DNA of 6,510 nt from Caedimonas varicaedens. Its GTDB lineage: Bacteria > Pseudomonadota > Alphaproteobacteria > Caedimonadales > Caedimonadaceae. The notes beneath the pieces are model-generated. The model made no database searches. It was not told the origin of the DNA and worked only from the letters and a program-made list of their open reading frames with translations. The position numbers and the translations under genes are program-made. Positions 6,450 to 6,510 of this stretch are shown piece by piece; positions within the stretch are counted from its first letter, which is position 1; every line of letters begins with the position of its first letter. The stretch covers positions 1-6,510 of the forward strand of contig BBVC01000120.1 of assembly GCA_001192655.1 (NCBI GenBank). Reading direction: 5' to 3'.

Positions 6450-6510
6450 GAACTGTTTTTTATCGTTAAGTTGTTAATTTTTAGAAATTCTTGAGGGGGA
6501 AATAAAATAC

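Noticed and set aside
6450-6510. T-run (6456..6461) after tRNA-Gly as a terminator, and a GAGGGGG SD-like motif (6494..6500) as the start of a downstream gene
   Set aside because: No separate GC-rich hairpin precedes the T-run; there is only a 3-bp cag/ctg stem. The window ends before any start codon, so neither a terminator nor a downstream CDS can be supported.

Overview
This is a compact, moderately AT-rich bacterial chromosomal segment. Five tightly packed minus-strand genes read away from a 178-nt divergent control region (6058..6235). In order they are a 298-aa hypothetical exported protein, an RlmB-like TrmH/SpoU rRNA methyltransferase, plsY, dprA and topA, with junctions of +11, -4, -32 and +36 nt. 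Plus-strand tRNA-Tyr(GTA) and tRNA-Gly(TCC) lie on the other side of the control region. At the left edge, 85 nt past the topA stop, a minus-strand ORF with a good Shine-Dalgarno (SD) motif starts at 63 and runs off the window. Its 21 visible residues (MTYSLDFRLRVLSVKKKKNLS) look like the N-terminus of an IS630/Tc1-mariner-type transposase. I associate the plsY-dprA-topA order, and rlmB beside tRNA-Tyr/tRNA-Gly, with Alphaproteobacteria. The IS type suggests a symbiont-like lineage. Both points are inference only. Everything is ordinary housekeeping except the ORF at 5161..6057. It has a classical Sec signal peptide and lower GC than its neighbours on sampled lines. From memory of the family, it also carries three colinear motifs resembling the CheD (chemoreceptor glutamine deamidase) Cys/His catalytic core, including the same 17-residue Cys-to-His spacing. 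No chemotaxis genes are nearby. My best candidate for something new is an exported CheD/CNF1-fold deamidase-like protein placed at the head of a housekeeping operon next to a tRNA pair. This needs profile and structure searches that I cannot run. No CRISPR array, rRNA or obvious defence or toxin-antitoxin module is visible.
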